A stretch of 63,570 bases of DNA, counting the filler, from Atractiella rhizophila (lineage: Eukaryota), in the NCBI GenBank assembly GCA_021432655.1. It is 5 parts of 5 records of this genome, joined end to end, with 100 filler letters (N's around TTAATTAATTAA, not from the genome) between each part and the next. Parts side by side here need not be neighbours in the genome. Positions count along the whole stretch, not along the records: positions 1 to 15,846 come from MU271759.1; positions 15,947 to 42,011 come from MU271761.1; 3 more parts are not named here. One strand, written 5' to 3'. Under the pieces are notes generated by a model. The model saw only the letters and a list, made by a program, of their open reading frames with translations, ran no database searches and was not told where the DNA came from. This document shows, in pieces, positions 12,343 through 26,462 of this stretch (its first letter is position 1; each line of letters opens with the position of its first letter). The translations under genes and the position numbers were made by a program.

Positions 12343-15250
12343 AGGTATGTCGTATCGTGACTCCGATCGACATCCTGCACAGATTGAGAGTACGTGCTGA
12401 CTGGTCGTGAACTAGACGACGTCGAGTAATAACTCCCTATCATGCCAGGATAGTTCGCCGAAAGCAATCCCTCTTCAAATGTCTGAGTCCCCTGGATTGT
12501 GCGATTGTTTTCGTTGGGAACAGCCACAGGAGCTCCAGGGAAATCGAAGGGAGGAGCCGGTTGTCCTTGCACGCCTGCATCTGAAGGCAATTGTCCCCAA
12601 TCGGGAGGAGGTCCAGGCGGTGGCTCATAAAGTTGTTGCGTTGGCATGGAAGATTCCACGGGAAGGTTTGGAATCTGCAGCTGAGAGAATTCGTCCCCCA
12701 TGGAAAGCATTTGTCCGTCAAAAGGTTGACCAGAGAGTATATAAGCATCATTCACGGGTATTATTGGGTCTTGTTGATTTTGGGGTACTGGGGGAGGGAA
12801 GTATCCTTCATCAAATGAGAATGATCCATCTAGAAGAGCGGTATCCGTGTAGACACCCTGATCGATAGTGGGGTGTTGCATTACTGACGTTGATGATTGA
12901 GCGTAAAGCGACGAGTCCTGATCCGCTGGTATCTCTTGCTGCTGGAAAGGAAGTCCGTAAGGGTTGGAAATGCCTACTGGAGAAGTGTTAGTTGGTGCCC
13001 CTAAGTGAACTGCTTGAACGGGTTGTTGCTGTCCAAACTGTAGTGACGGTGGGGGTATGGATAGGGGATCAAACTGGTACTGAAGGGGACGTCGAGGGGG
13101 TACTACCGGTGGAGGATGGAAGGCGAAGATGTCATTCGAAGTCATAGCCATAGGATTGTACTTAGAAGTCCTGGGACTCGAACTCGCTGATCTCGCCCCA
13201 AAGGTCCTTCTTCGCTCCAATGTTCTTCTCCTCTCACGACGAGGGTAAGCATTGTAATCCACTACTCCGTCCCAAGATTGGCTCAGAGTCTGAGATGGGA
13301 TTCTACCATCATCAGACCCTCTAGAGTTGAGCTTTCTGGCCTTATTAGCGCGCGTGGCCATCCCCAAATCGCCCGAGTCGTCGTCTTCACTTTTCGCCAT
13401 GCCAGCAGGAGTGGATGGTTGGGCGAGNNNNNNNNNNNNNNNNNNNNNNNNNNNNNNNNNNNNNNNNNNNNNNNNNNNNNNNNNNNNNNNNNNNNNNNNN
13501 NNNNNNNNNNNNNNNNNNNNNNNNNNNNNNNNNNNNNNNNNGACTTCCTTTTCGAGCCACTCATCGACACAGCATCAGCATCGACGAGAGGCTGATAGGG
13601 CATCAAATCTGTGTCGGGAACCCCTTCTGCATCTTGATCCTGATTGGGAGTAGTAAGTTGCAGATTTCGGATGTGCTCTAGATTGGACGAGGAAGGCGAC
13701 AAGCTGGTGTTACTGTTTCCGCGGCTGAGGTAGTCCCTGGGTGACATGTGCGACATATAGCTATGGCCGCCGCTAGAACCAAACCTTGAACCACTACTAT
13801 CGCTCCCAGACCGATGTAGAGATCCAGAAGAGTTTCTTCGATGGTGGGAGTAGACTTGGACAGGAGTTCGATTGATGTCGTCGACAGTCGGAGCAGGCGT
13901 GAACCCGACGGTTGATGGAGCCCTCGAGGAAGGAGAGTAGACGAACTGTGACGGGCGGGAGCTCATTCTAGGACTGAAGTCTTCATCATCATGGTGAAAC
14001 TTTGGACCGTCTGACATTTTCCGGCTACGGGTAACCCTCGTCTTTTTCTCCTTTTTCTCCTTCTTGCCCTTCTTCGCACGCGTCGGCGTTCGCTCATTGA
14101 GACCCTCAGACGGCGCTTGAGGCGTTCGAGCATCCTCGGGGGCTCCTACGGGGGTTTCACCTTGATCGGGTTCTTCGGGAGGAAACGATGCAGGCTCCTC
14201 ATCATCTTGGGTTGGGATCGCACTATCGAGCGCCTTGTCACTCAAGCGTTTCCCTCGTCTTGGCAATCGTGGCTTGTAGCCCGCAGCCTGCCATAACATG
14301 AGTTCGTGTTGATACAACCACGAATCGGAGAGGAAAACTCACGGCGTATAAGTCAGGGAAACGATTTCGGAATCTATCCCTCAAATCCGTACCCTTTCTA
14401 TTACAGAGCGCAGGATCCTTGGCAATGATTGACCACTGTGTGCCATGCTATAGCCTAATCGTCATCATCGTCCTTTTTAAAACAGTAGAGACGAACCTCC
14501 TGATATCCCTTCCACAACGCGTCATCCTCTTCCTTCGTAAAGCTCCTCCTCGGTTTTTTCTCCTTCGGTGGATCACGGTAATCTGAAGGGTGATAGTTGA
14601 ATCCAATCCCAGCAGCTTCTCCAGGAGACATCTGCATGGGAGTGTCCATAATGTACGGCATCCCATGCATTCCAGCTTGTTGCATCGATGGGAAATCGTG
14701 ATCCAAGTTCACGTCGACCTCTCCTCCATCCAAACTGAACTCCGCACTTGCGTAATCCGACGCTTGACGGGCCATTGGAGACATTTGCAGGAATTGTCCC
14801 GGCGGCAGTGACGCTTGAGAAGTAGGCATCATAGCAGAAGAATAGCCTGGACGTTCTATTTCGTACGAAGCGATATGGCTGACGCCTTTAGAACGAGTTC
14901 GTCGTTTCGATGATTGCGGCGTTGTGGCAGGATGGATAAAGGAGGTAGAAGGTCCTGGTGTCGGTGCAGGAGATGGCGACCTGCTTCTGTGGGACCCGTG
15001 GGACGAATGGGAAAGGTAGGCTTTGTACTGATCTGGAAACTTGTAACGAAAACTGAACCAGCTTTATCAATCTCTTGCCTCTGGAAAATTAGAGGAGGAA
15101 GACAAACCGAGCTTTGACGTCGTCTGCAGAGCGATCGTGCAGGATCGCGTACGACTTTTGAATCTCTCCCCAGTTGCCAACCCCAAACTGCAAAAGTCCA
15201 ATCAGTAAGCCATTCAACGATGCTCTCAACTTGCGTGAGACAATGGAGGA
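11979..15250 (-). CDS. TAY1: Two-Myb telomere-repeat-binding factor, Tay1/Teb1-like (5' end uncertain; spans N gap 13428-13541)
   Basis: Myb1 FGVGNWGEIQ...RSADDVKARFRYKFPDQY; Myb2 RRSFTKEEDDALWKGYQEHGTQWSIIAKD...RKGTDLRDRFRNRFPDLYAAAGYKPR; long disordered C-terminus. Confidence 0.8.
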
Positions 15251-15846
15251 TGGGGAAGTCAAGAAATCTTTGCGACAAGGAACGGTAATAAGGCACAAGA
15301 ATCATCTACATTGGCGGCAGGACAAAGCGACAATCACCAAAACGTCATCAAGATAAGGGGGGTCTGATACCACATTTACCATGGAATAAGTGTCTTTCAT
15401 GAGTTCTTCAAGCCAGAACCGGCCTGTCCCACTCCAATTCAATTTGTTTTCAACTTCTCCTCTTGACCTTGAACTAGCTTTACATAACGGTCTTTCGGGC
15501 TTGTCAGCCTCTGACCGCAATTCACAGACTTGGAGGACTTGACGATGGTAAGAACGAGAACGCAAACAGTTTGGGAAAGCAGACCTTTTTAGCAAAGGGG
15601 GGAAAGTCACTCAGCGATCGAAAGGGCGATGCTCGTGCATTTACAGTAAACAGAGCAATCATGCGGCCGCATCTTTACGAGATAATTGAGTGATTCAGAT
15701 CAGGATGCAAGTCATCATGAAAGAATTAGCACATCAATTGTGATTGAAAGTTTATGCAAACGTAGTTTAAAATATTGGATTTTGGCGTGCCAGTTGACAG
15801 TCAGATCAGATCGGGGACGAAATTATCAAAGAATCATGTCTGTTGT

Positions 15847-15946
15847 NNNNNNNNNNNNNNNNNNNNNNNNNNNNNNNNNNNNNNNNNNNNTTAATTAATT
15901 AANNNNNNNNNNNNNNNNNNNNNNNNNNNNNNNNNNNNNNNNNNNN
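15847..15946. other. Artificial contig spacer
   Basis: N44-TTAATTAATTAA-N44; stops in all six frames; four identical copies in the window. Confidence 0.97.
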
Positions 15947-18900
15947 GAGTATCAGGCACAAATTGATGAGTTGACGAGGAAGTCTGAAGAGGAAAGAGAT
16001 CAGCTCACGAATAAGGTTCTTTCTCTAGAGACGGAGAGAGATGAGTTAAGCGACAAACTCGCGAAGGTTGAAGGCGGTCAGGCTGAGATAGTCCAGCGGT
16101 TGGAGGAGAGCTTTGCCCAAGCTCAGCTCTCTCTGACGACGTTGACGAGCAATCTTGACGAGGAGAAGGCTGCGAAGGATGCTGCCATAGGAGAGCTCGA
16201 CGTCGCTAGGAAGGAGCTGGTCGAAGTCCAAGGAACGCTTGAGTCTGCGAAGATGGATCTTGACTCTCTTGCAGCCAAGGCAGAAGAGTACAGAGACCTC
16301 ATCGAGCAGCTGGAAAAGAGCACCGAAGGGGAAAGAGAGGAGCTTATGAAGAAGGTTGCTGCTCTGGAAACAGAAAGGGTCGACTTATGCGAGAAGCTCA
16401 CCAAGATCGAAGGGGATCAGGCGGAGACAGTCAAGCAGTGGGAGGAGAATCTTGCCGAGGTTCAGCTATCTGTCGCCAGCTTGACGAGTGATCTTGAGGC
16501 CGAGAAGGCGGCCAAGGACACCGTTAGCAAGACGCTCCAGGAAGCTCATGAGGAGTTGGAGGACCTCAGCAAACAGCTCGCAGACGCCGATTCCCTTCGT
16601 GTCAGCTTCGATAGTGTCACGAAGGAGCAAGACTCTCTTCGACAAGAGACAGAAACACTTCTTCGGGAGAAGAAGGATCTCCAACAACTACACGACGAGC
16701 TCGAAGCGTCTAAAAATGATCTGTTGTCCACCTTCGAACGCGAGCGTCACGAATTGCAAGAACAAAACTCATCCAGTCTCGCTATGCTTGAGGACCTGAA
16801 GGTGCAGCTCGATGGACTCAATGCGGAAATCATTGAGGTCAAGGCAGAACGAGAACGCATTCAAGCAGTCTTAACATCCACGTCGGCAGAAGCTGAAGTC
16901 ACAAAAGCAGCTTCTGCCGAGCTGCAAGCCGATTTGACCGTGAAGATCGAAACTATCGCGTCTCTGCAACAGTCACTGGATAATGTCAACGACGAAGCCA
17001 AACGCTTGAAAGACGAACTCGCCAGCGCTGAATCCGTCCAAGCTGACCTGAAGTCGCAAATTGCCGCCAAGGAGGACGAGTACGAAGCGGTAAAGGTTTC
17101 ACTTACCTCCATCAGCGCAGAGTTGGAACGCACGCAATCTCAAGGATCGCTCGTTGTCACTGAGAAGGAAGAGACCGAGCAGCGCCTTCTGGCAGAGTTG
17201 GAGGATTTTCGAGCAGCTCTTTTCTCCTCAAAGACGCTCGCTAGCGAGCTGCAAGTCTCTCTTGACGCCATCCGGGAAGAACTCCAAGTCACTCAAGCTA
17301 GTCATTCCGAAGAGAAGGAAGCTTTGCAAAGGGAACTGGATGCGTCAAAACTTCTCAATGGCAAAGTGGAAGAACAGATAGAAAAAGACAAGGCGGCTCT
17401 CGTCGAAGTTGAAGCGGTAGTCACACACCTGCAGTCGGAAAAGGACGGTCTGGTAGCTGAGAGGGCTGAACTCATGAGAGAGAAGGAAGCGTTGACAGCG
17501 GATGTAGAACGCATGGTCGACTCCCGTCACATCCTCGAGGACGAGCTCACGGCTGCCAAGGCGTCACTCGCTGAGCTGCAAGCCATCATTTCTAGGTTGG
17601 AAGTAGAAAAGAAGGAGCTCGAGGCTACACAAGAATTGATGCGCCACGAGGTGGAGCAGAAGGACGTGATTGCAAAAGAACTGGAAGAGTTGAAGTTCTT
17701 CAACCGATCCTTGGAGGATCAGATTGATAAAGATAAAACGGCGATAGTCCAAGTTCAGCAGGTTGTCGCTCAACTGGAAGCAGAAAAGACTGACTTGAAA
17801 GTCGAAGGCGCCAAACAAAAGGATGAGGCGATTTCGCTCAGAGCCGAGGTTGAACGAATCAACAGAGATCTACTCTCATCGGTTGCGAACAACGAACACC
17901 TCAAGACTGATCTAGATGCTACCATCAACCAGCTCAAGGTTGAACTGGAATCGGCCCAGTCAACAGAGGCAGAACTTCGTACGAACTTGGAAGACGTGAA
18001 GACGAAGCTCGATATGGCAACGTACGACATCGACGAATGGAGGTCACAACACGAGCAACTTGAAACTGAACTTGAAACCTTCCGAACCGACAACGAGAAG
18101 CTGCAGAGCGAACTAGTAGAACACGAACGCCAGAAGGCGGAGAGCTCGGCGGGCCTTCAGAAAGCGAAAGAAGAGCTTGAGGATGCATTGAAATCTAGTT
18201 CTGAGCTACAGATTCGTTGCAAAGAGCTCGAGACTCGAATTGGTGCAGCAGAAACTACAATCAAGAATCTCGAAGACGAAGCTACCTCAAAGTCATCTGA
18301 AGCGTACGAGCTGTCTAAAGAGTTAGAAGAGAGTCGTACCTTGCAAGCGTCGTTGCAATCGCGACTTGAGGATGCGGTTACTCAATCAAAGTCTTTCGAG
18401 GAAGAGCGTCTCACTCTTCAAGGTGATCTCGACAAGGCCGAGCTCCTAGCTGAACAATCTGTCGCGGACGTGAAGGAGCTCAAAGCAAAGGTCCGGAAAC
18501 TTGAAAGTCAGGTTACGACCTGTGAGGATACGATCTCCATCAAAACAAGGGAGTCGAAGCGTCTTCAAGGGGAAATCGACATGCTCAACTCGGAAATTTC
18601 CTCAATGAAGGAATTTGCAGAAGTAAAAGAAGCGCGCCTTCGTCAGACGGAGAGTGACATGACGATGCGGGTGCAGGAGCTCGAATCCAGGCATTCGTCG
18701 ACTTTGGAGAAGGAGAAGTTAACGCTCATGGAGACACTGAGATCAACTGAAGCTCGCTTGAAGAAAGAACTAACAAGCCAGGAATGTCAACTAGCACTTC
18801 TCCAGGACAGGATTGCTACCTTTGAAGCGGATCTTATGGCAGCAAGCGAGGAGGAGAAGCGTCTCAAACACCAAGTCAAGTCAAAGGATTTCAAGATCGC

Positions 18901-19919
18901 ACGACTTGAAGACGAAGTTAGCGGTCTTAACTTGAGACTAGGTTTCAACCAGTTTCCATCCTCCTCTGGATCGAGCAAAGCTGGCTTTGAGAGTCTAAAG
19001 AACAAAATCCTGGCCATCCAAGGCACCGCGAGCCCTACCGTATTGCAGTCGACCGCCCCTGCCCGTCCCAAATCAAGAGCAGGTTCTTCAACTGAACAGC
19101 AGTCTGATCTTCAAGCCGAAATTGAACGCCAGAAGGCTCGAATCAGGGAGTTAGAGAGCCAGGTCCATGATGCTCAGAGATCACGGAGCCGATCATCCAG
19201 AGGGCAGGTTGTCGATTTAGCTGAGTACGAGAGGCTTCGTTCGGAGCACGAATCATTGAAGGAAGATTATGAAGAAATGCAGAAAGACCTCTCCAAGTGG
19301 CGCAATGTAGGTGTTACAGTACGGCTAAACGGCAGTTGCTGACGCCTTTTGCAGCAGGTAGCTGTTAATGGCGATGCCATCTCCAAGCTCGAGCGACTCA
19401 ATCGGGATCAGGAGAGAGACAAGAAGGATATTCAACGCATTGGTCGATCTTTGGTCGCATCAGCTACATCGGCTGGTCTCAGTGAATTGCCCACAAATTC
19501 GCCGCCTTCAAAATCCCGCTCTCGCGCGCTATCAACATCCCTTTCTCATTCCTTCTCTACCCAATCACTGGCTTCTTCTTCCAGCGGCAAAGATCGCCAG
19601 TTTATAGTGACGCCACATTCTCCGGGACGCCTTCTTCCACAACCACCTGTTTCTGAGGCGCTTGTGCGACGACCCTCGAATATTGAAGTCGACCTTCAGC
19701 GGCTCAAAGATGGTAATGTGGTCGAGACCAGTCGGTATGTAAAGCCATTTAAAGTATCTAGGTAATTTTACTTAGCGCTGTGCTATATTATGCAGGACGA
19801 GATTGCTATCGCCCGAAGTGCCAGACCCATCCACGAAACGAAAGGTTTCCCGCGATCTTTCTTCAGCTCACCGACGGGCCAAAAGCTCTTTTGAACCAGG
19901 AAGTCGCAGTGCAAAATAA
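15947..19919 (+). CDS. Very long coiled-coil protein, 5'-truncated
   Basis: >1100 aa E/K/L/Q-rich heptad sequence; two short 3' introns; Ser-rich tail; no globular domain recognised. Confidence 0.85.
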
Positions 19920-20057
19920 AGGAAGTGTTAAGGAAGTGCATTACTAGTTGTGTTTTGATATCCTTTTCTTGATTCCATTCTTCTTTCCTCATTGTAACAA
20001 GATCAACGAATAACGTCCATGGTATATGTACATGAATCATGCCCAATGTGTAGATAC

Positions 20058-23000
20058 TCATTCGACTTTCGAAGACAGACTTTTGATTTGCGACTTGATA
20101 AATAGGGAAGAAAACAGGTATTCATCGCCAAACTGATCGTAAAGGGGGAGATGACGGTATCCTGGAAGTAAACTATTAGCACGCGTAAACGTGATAGTGC
20201 AGGTTGAGACCCACCTGGGAGAAGTGACTGGGCACAGATACAATAGCGGCCCAAGGTCTCGTCGCTCGCGGCCGTTTCAGCCTCGAAAACCTCGAATCGG
20301 ATGAAAGTAAGGTCGAGCATCCCAGCCTGGACTTCGAAACGGATCTTGAAGTTCTCGTTCCAGCATGGATTGAAGCCATTGCCGCGAATGACCCTTGTCT
20401 TCCGGGAGGGGACACTCGTCATGCCTGGAGCATACACGGTGATCTCAACGTATGGACTGACGGTGGGACCGTCGTCATCTTTCTTCTCTTTTGTGATTCG
20501 AGGAAGTTGTTGAGCGGAGAGTAGCTAGGGGTAGCATTAAGCCAAGATAAAAGGCAGATTGAGGGTGACATACCGTGAGGTCAAGCTCGTATTTAAAGTT
20601 CGTGGTCAGAGCTGCTTTGTCTTTGCCCTTTACCCTAAGGATTTCAGGCTTGAGAACATATCCACATTTTCCATTTCGAGCGAAGAGTGCAGTGTTGATC
20701 TCCATTCCGAGGTCTGCGCTCTCCTTGAGTTCAAGGATGAGGAAGACAGGAAGGACAAACCGAAAGTCTGCCAGTTCAGTGCGACCATCTGCATTCCAGC
20801 TGACCAGAAGTTGACCGGGACGTAATTGCTGCTGGTGAACCTCCTCCCAGCTGGGTAAGCTCTGACGACGTGATTCCTTGTATGACTGATCAGGTCCATC
20901 TTCGTCTCTTTCACAATCTTCAAGAGTTTCCGCTCTCCGATCGAAATGACATGCGTCGGCGCGTAATATTCCTTCTTATTAAAGCCTCTTCCCTTGACTC
21001 CAACGGTATATACGATGAGAGCGGCAAGAGCGAACGACATGACTGGTTTCGATCCCTTCTCCTTGCTAGTATTGGTGGGCGAGATTGGTGGGGCCACAAA
21101 AGCGGAAGGTGAGGTGGGAAAAGTGGGTACTGAAGGCCGACGGCCCTTCTCTTCCAACTTTGCATTAGCGGCGTCGGCTATGGATAGCTGGGAGGGAGGA
21201 GAGTGTGGACGTTCAGGCTTGCCGGTTTCGGAGGGAGAACGACCCTTTCGAACGCGGCGGTAGAAGCCAGAGACAACGCGCTTAAAGTCGGAGTCAGACG
21301 AACTGTCGCTCGTCGGAGAGGAGGGGTCGCTCATCACTTCCTCTTGTTCAGGTTCTTCGGCTTTGGGAGGGGAGATAAACTTGTTCTTCGCCTGTATGCG
21401 TCCATCAATCCATCAGTTCTCTTTCCCCACCCTGTCTTCATGTTGGAAGACGAACCTTGACCAATATACGATACTTGAGTTCTTCCGGGCTAGGAAGGAC
21501 CTGAATATCCTGCTCGCGCTCATCAATGCTCCTATGTACGAGCTTTTCTCCAAAACACTCCTTCATGATATCTGCCAGCTTGTCCTGCTGGGCCATGTTG
21601 CAGTGCACCTCTATGCTGAGGATAACTGGGTAGGGAGAGGCGACGAAGGCGTATTTGTCGATTGCGGTGAAGGCGTCGCGCGCCAGGATCTTTGATGTCA
21701 TAGTCCGACCGTGGTAGACGACAGGCTCATCAGGTCCGTCCCAACAATCGACTGAACCAAATTTGTGATGTTTGGTGAAATGGAGAAGGAGAGGACGCAC
21801 GCTCCACTGTCCTACATCCCTGCTGCAGGGCTCTGACGTACCCCTCCACCGTACTATCTCCTTGGAGCTGATTTCCGACGAGATAGGTCTATCCTCTGAG
21901 CATCAGAACCAGTCCGCCCAACGCAGTGTGAGTACTTACATTATGGCTGGAACACATGAAGTAGTCCCACAACGGTCTACTCATATCCATGCACACCTTC
22001 CTATGATCCTCCTCAAAAGGTGTATTGAAATTGCTGACCAAAAAGCTGGTGAAGCATCCGAGGGTCATGACACCAGGAGGTGGAGGAGGGGCAGGGAGAG
22101 TGGGAGCAGGAGGTGTGGAGGGACGAGTGGAAGAAGACTTGTTTCGAAGATGGTGGGGAAGGAGATGCGCCAGTGTAGCATGTCTCGCGACCGGGGAACC
22201 GTTTGCTGGTGCGATAGAAGGAAAGGGAGAGGTGGCGGCTTGTGTGGTCGCTGACACTTGAGTTGGTGGTGTAGGAGGGTCAGTCGATGCCGCCGATTCC
22301 GCCGGAAGTTCATTGGTGGTAGAAGATGCTGCAGGGGCTGTTGGTGTCGGAGCTTCTGCAGGAGGAGCGATAGATGACGGATCCGGAATTATGATCTTCT
22401 CCTTCCCTTGATCCTTCAACTCAAGGATGACATCCTTCGCCTCTCCAACACCCTCCGAAAGCTCCTGAGCTTTCTGCTCCCCCTCCTCTTCAACCTTCTC
22501 CCACTCCTCTTCCTCCTTCCTCTCCTTCTCCTCCTCTTTCTTCTCCATTTGCTCTTGCTCCTGCTCCTCTTTTTCCAAAGTCGGAATATCCACCACCCGT
22601 CCCAACTCCTCATCCGGCCTCCCCACCTTCTCCCTCACCTCCTCCTCCAACTGATCCATCGCATCTCCCAACCTTTCCAAAAGTGGCAATCGCTTCTCCT
22701 CCTCCTTTTCCTCCTCCGCCTTCTGCGCCGGTGCCGGTTCCTGTTCCTTCTTCGCCTCTGTTTCAGGCTTCGAGAAGCGAGAGAAGAGATCGTAGATCTG
22801 TTGTACTGATAACGAAGACTTCTGCTCTTCCTGCATGAATTTCAGGAATTCGGTGCTCGTCAGACCGCGGGAGGAGGGAGTGCGAAAGGTTTGGAACAAC
22901 GATTCGATTTCGGAACGTCGTTTCAGGAATTTGACAAAGGTTCGGAATTGGGGAAAGTCGAGGTAGCCTCGAGAGGTGGTGTCTACTTTCTACTTTCGCC

Positions 23001-24451
23001 GTTAGCTTACAACGTTTGCCTCTTTCCAAGTGGAGAAGGTGGATTGGAATGGGTGGATAGAAGGACGGACGATGGGATAGAAGGACAGGAAGATAGATCG
23101 CAAAAGGGAGAGAACGAGAATGAAAGAGGAAGCACACCTTAAAATTACCCAGTATTGCTTCCTCACTAACGCAAATGCCCAACTTCTTACACATTCTCAC
23201 AATCTCCCCCATCGTAAGCTTCCCATCCCCCTGATTAATCAACAATCCATCGGGTCCCACCCCAATCCCAACCCGACTGCCACTTCCAGCAGCAGATCCA
23301 CCAGGAGGGACAGCACCTGGATTCGGATTGACCAGTCCAGGGACAGGAGCTGCGGGTTCGTCAGCTACGCTCCACACGAGCTTCTCCCACGCTCCCTCTT
23401 TCTCTTCTGCTTTCTCTTCTCCTTCTAAACCCCTCCAAGCTTTCCTCTGGTTCCAAAGTCTCCCTAAAGTGTCCCTCCAGACCTCCCACGTCCCACCTTC
23501 CAACCCGACTGTATAAAGGGTCTTCAACCCCTCCCCCTTGACGGTATATATGACGGCAAGACACATCTTTTCCTGCTTCGCATTCAACGCAATCCTAAAT
23601 GGAGGTCTAGCAGCAGACCCCGTCCGTATCTCCCGGATGGACTCGATGGCGAACCCGCTGAGTTCGACCCCCTTCTTCATCTTGGCGGAGGAGGAAGAGT
23701 TCCAGACCACTTGACCGCTTTCGGGCAAGATGTAGAACCATTTGGGACTCGACTTCTTTGAGGTTACTTTCAGTAGCTTGACGCCTTGTCGAGCTTGTGG
23801 GGGAACGGGGAACAAGTGTGAGTCTCCGTCCGTGGTTCCGGTTGCAGAACCGGTCCCCGTTCCTGTTCCAGCCTGGGATCCGGATGCGGTTGGGGATGTG
23901 GAGGTGGATGGAACCAGCTGGGTTTGATTGGGAGCGGGAGAGGGAGAGGGGGAAGGAGGGAGTGGCGTGAGGAGGACCTCGATGGGTGCGGGAGAAGCAA
24001 TGAGCGTGGAAGCACGTTCTCTTTCCATCTGCTGGATGGCTTGTGCCTTCGCTTCCTCCTTCGAGGGGAGAGAAGTGGCAGGGTCCATCTGTTGCGCTTC
24101 TTTTTCGGTGGATGCGGATTGCGGTGCTGATGTTAATGTTGACTTGGATGCTGACGGTGTCGATGTTGGTGCTGACGTCCTTGTAGACCGAGTAGATGTA
24201 GATGTGGATGTGGACGCTAAGGTCGCAGTAGTGGAAGCAGCTGACGACCGATGCCGCCTAGCTTTGAAGCTCTGAATCTTCTCCCTGCCCGACGAAGAGA
24301 CTGAGCGGACGAGGCGTTTGGCGAACGAAGGCTGGCGCGTCACTCCCTGCGTCTGCAACACTTCGTTTGTCGCTCCGTTAGTGGCACCGTTGCTGAGGCT
24401 GGTGCTGGTGCTGCTGATGGGAGAGGGAGTGTGGAGATGTTGTTGGGTCAT
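20058..24451 (-). CDS. PLC1: Phosphoinositide-specific phospholipase C (PH, EF-hand, X, Y, C2)
   Basis: [21 protein letters not shown]...[32 protein letters not shown]...[33 protein letters not shown]. Confidence 0.95.
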
Positions 24452-26462
24452 GCCGTATAAATATGGGATGAAGTGAGCCAAGTGCAAGGGTGGTTGCCCA
24501 AACCGTAATCGATATGATCATGCGAGATTCACTTCCACTTTTCCACTTCTATTTTTTGTACTCTTTGCTTTGCTTTGCTCTTCCTGCTTTTCGGTTGACA
24601 GACGTAGTATTGCTCGATACGCTCATACTGATATATTTGTGATGCAACAAGTAATCCGGAGAAATGGACACATCCAGTATATACGACAGGGAGAATCATC
24701 GGCATGTCAAATGAGTAATTACAGCAGGACGCACACGACCAGACAAGGTGGGACGCGAGCTGACGAGGAAGAGAAGTAACAAAGCATTCCGTTATGTTTT
24801 TGTTTCTTTTGCGAGGGAAATGAATATCGGAGTATCATGATGCTTCTTTGACATTGCACGAGCCTAATAATCTATCCTCACTTCTCTGCCATCATGAATG
24901 AGCTAATGGCATTAATCGTGGGCTGATCGTTCCTCCATTCTTTCAACACTGCTCGAGCTTGGCGGACACTGGAAAGCCGGGAGGGTGGGATTCTTGAGAA
25001 CCTGAGCGTTCACCTTCAGACAACGTCATAGGCCAGGACACCGCGGGAGAGGTTCTATCTTGTTACTGCAGGACAGTCTTTCCGCGCGGATCGAAATCGA
25101 CATAGTATTAACGTTGTCTAGTCTAACGTGAGAAGGGAGTTAGTAACACACCGTCACATCTTGATCAACTCACCAGACAAACCTTTAGGCTTTTGGCAGT
25201 ATTATCGCAAAGTCAAGCAAAAGCATCCTATATCGTTTTCTGCAAGGTAATATGTATCCTCCCGGATGCAAAATGTCTGGTCAATATCGGTCTCGACAAC
25301 CAATAGGCAAAGGCACGCACCATATTCCTGCGGTTGGACCTGCTCCAAAACTTCATCTCATCGACATCGCTCTTCAATATCAATCTTGAAAGTGATAACA
25401 AACTCGCCACGTTCCCGTGCCGAAATGCTTGGGAAAAAGTCAACAAGAACCTGGATTGAACACAAAGGACCGCTGCTGCATCATCTGACAAAGGGAGCGA
25501 AATGAATTGCTAGCTTCTACAGAACGAAGGAGATCGCATCGCTGCGACGTCTGCTGAACGACGAACTGAATTCAGACCATATCTTAACAACAACTGAGCC
25601 AGATTATCATCGCTTGAATTGGAAGTTTATGGCTGGTCACTACGGAGCAGCTCGGTTGGCAGGCTCGCGTTTCACGAATGTTTCTCCATCTTGTAAATAA
25701 ATTTTCGTCCGTTGAAACTCATGCCAGCAGACTATCTGCAGCAGCCAACGGCCTGCACTACACTCCTTCTGAATGTGAATTGCGCAAGTGGAATGTACTC
25801 CGATCTAGGCGAGAAAAATGATGGAAATTGTTCTGTAATTTGTAGGCAGTGTAATGCAGAGCCTTGTGAACAAGGGTGCATATTTGACGGTTGAATCAAG
25901 ATCCTTGCGATAGAGCTGGGGGCAAATCGCCTGAGTAGTCCCACAACTGTAAGAGTGGACCGAATATGTTGATAGCAGGCATAAAAGAATCGCTGGACTG
26001 TACAGCAGCTGTCTGGCTGCACCTCATCCAAAAAAGAAAGAGGTCGCTGTATCCTCCTTTTTACTTTAGTGCGAAGATGACATCCCAAATGCTGAAAGCG
26101 CATGCAGGTTGAATTATAAGTCGTCGAGTGAGATTTAATGCTGATTCGAAGCTGAAGACGGCACAGTTGCGGGAGAGAGTCTCAAAAGTCCATGTTAATA
26201 CCCTTGAGGGGAAAGCACTGAACCTACCTCAGCTTTGGGTTACAAATTTTGCTGCGCTAAATAAAGTTACATAGACCTTTTGCTCTGTTAACGTTCTTCT
26301 GTTATTTGACTCTGCCACAAGTTTAACCCCTTAATTACAAGAGAGGCTCATCCACTGTAACCACCCACGCAACAACTGGCAAAGTGACACTGGCGGGTGA
26401 ACCATTCTCATTTACCTACTTTTCGTGAGGAAGAATCCAGCATCCAAGCAGATCTGTGTAGA

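Noticed and set aside
15891..15902. Recurrent palindrome TTAATTAATTAA as a biological element
   Set aside because: Always centred in exactly 100 nt with 44 Ns each side: a synthetic six-frame-stop linker. Gene adjacency across it is meaningless.
22408..22809. Leu-rich membrane protein ORF on the + strand
   Set aside because: Antisense shadow of the Glu/Lys-rich insert in PLC1.
24500..26390. Hidden gene or ncRNA between PLC1 and IME4
   Set aside because: Only short stop-interrupted frames; no recognisable motif or structure.
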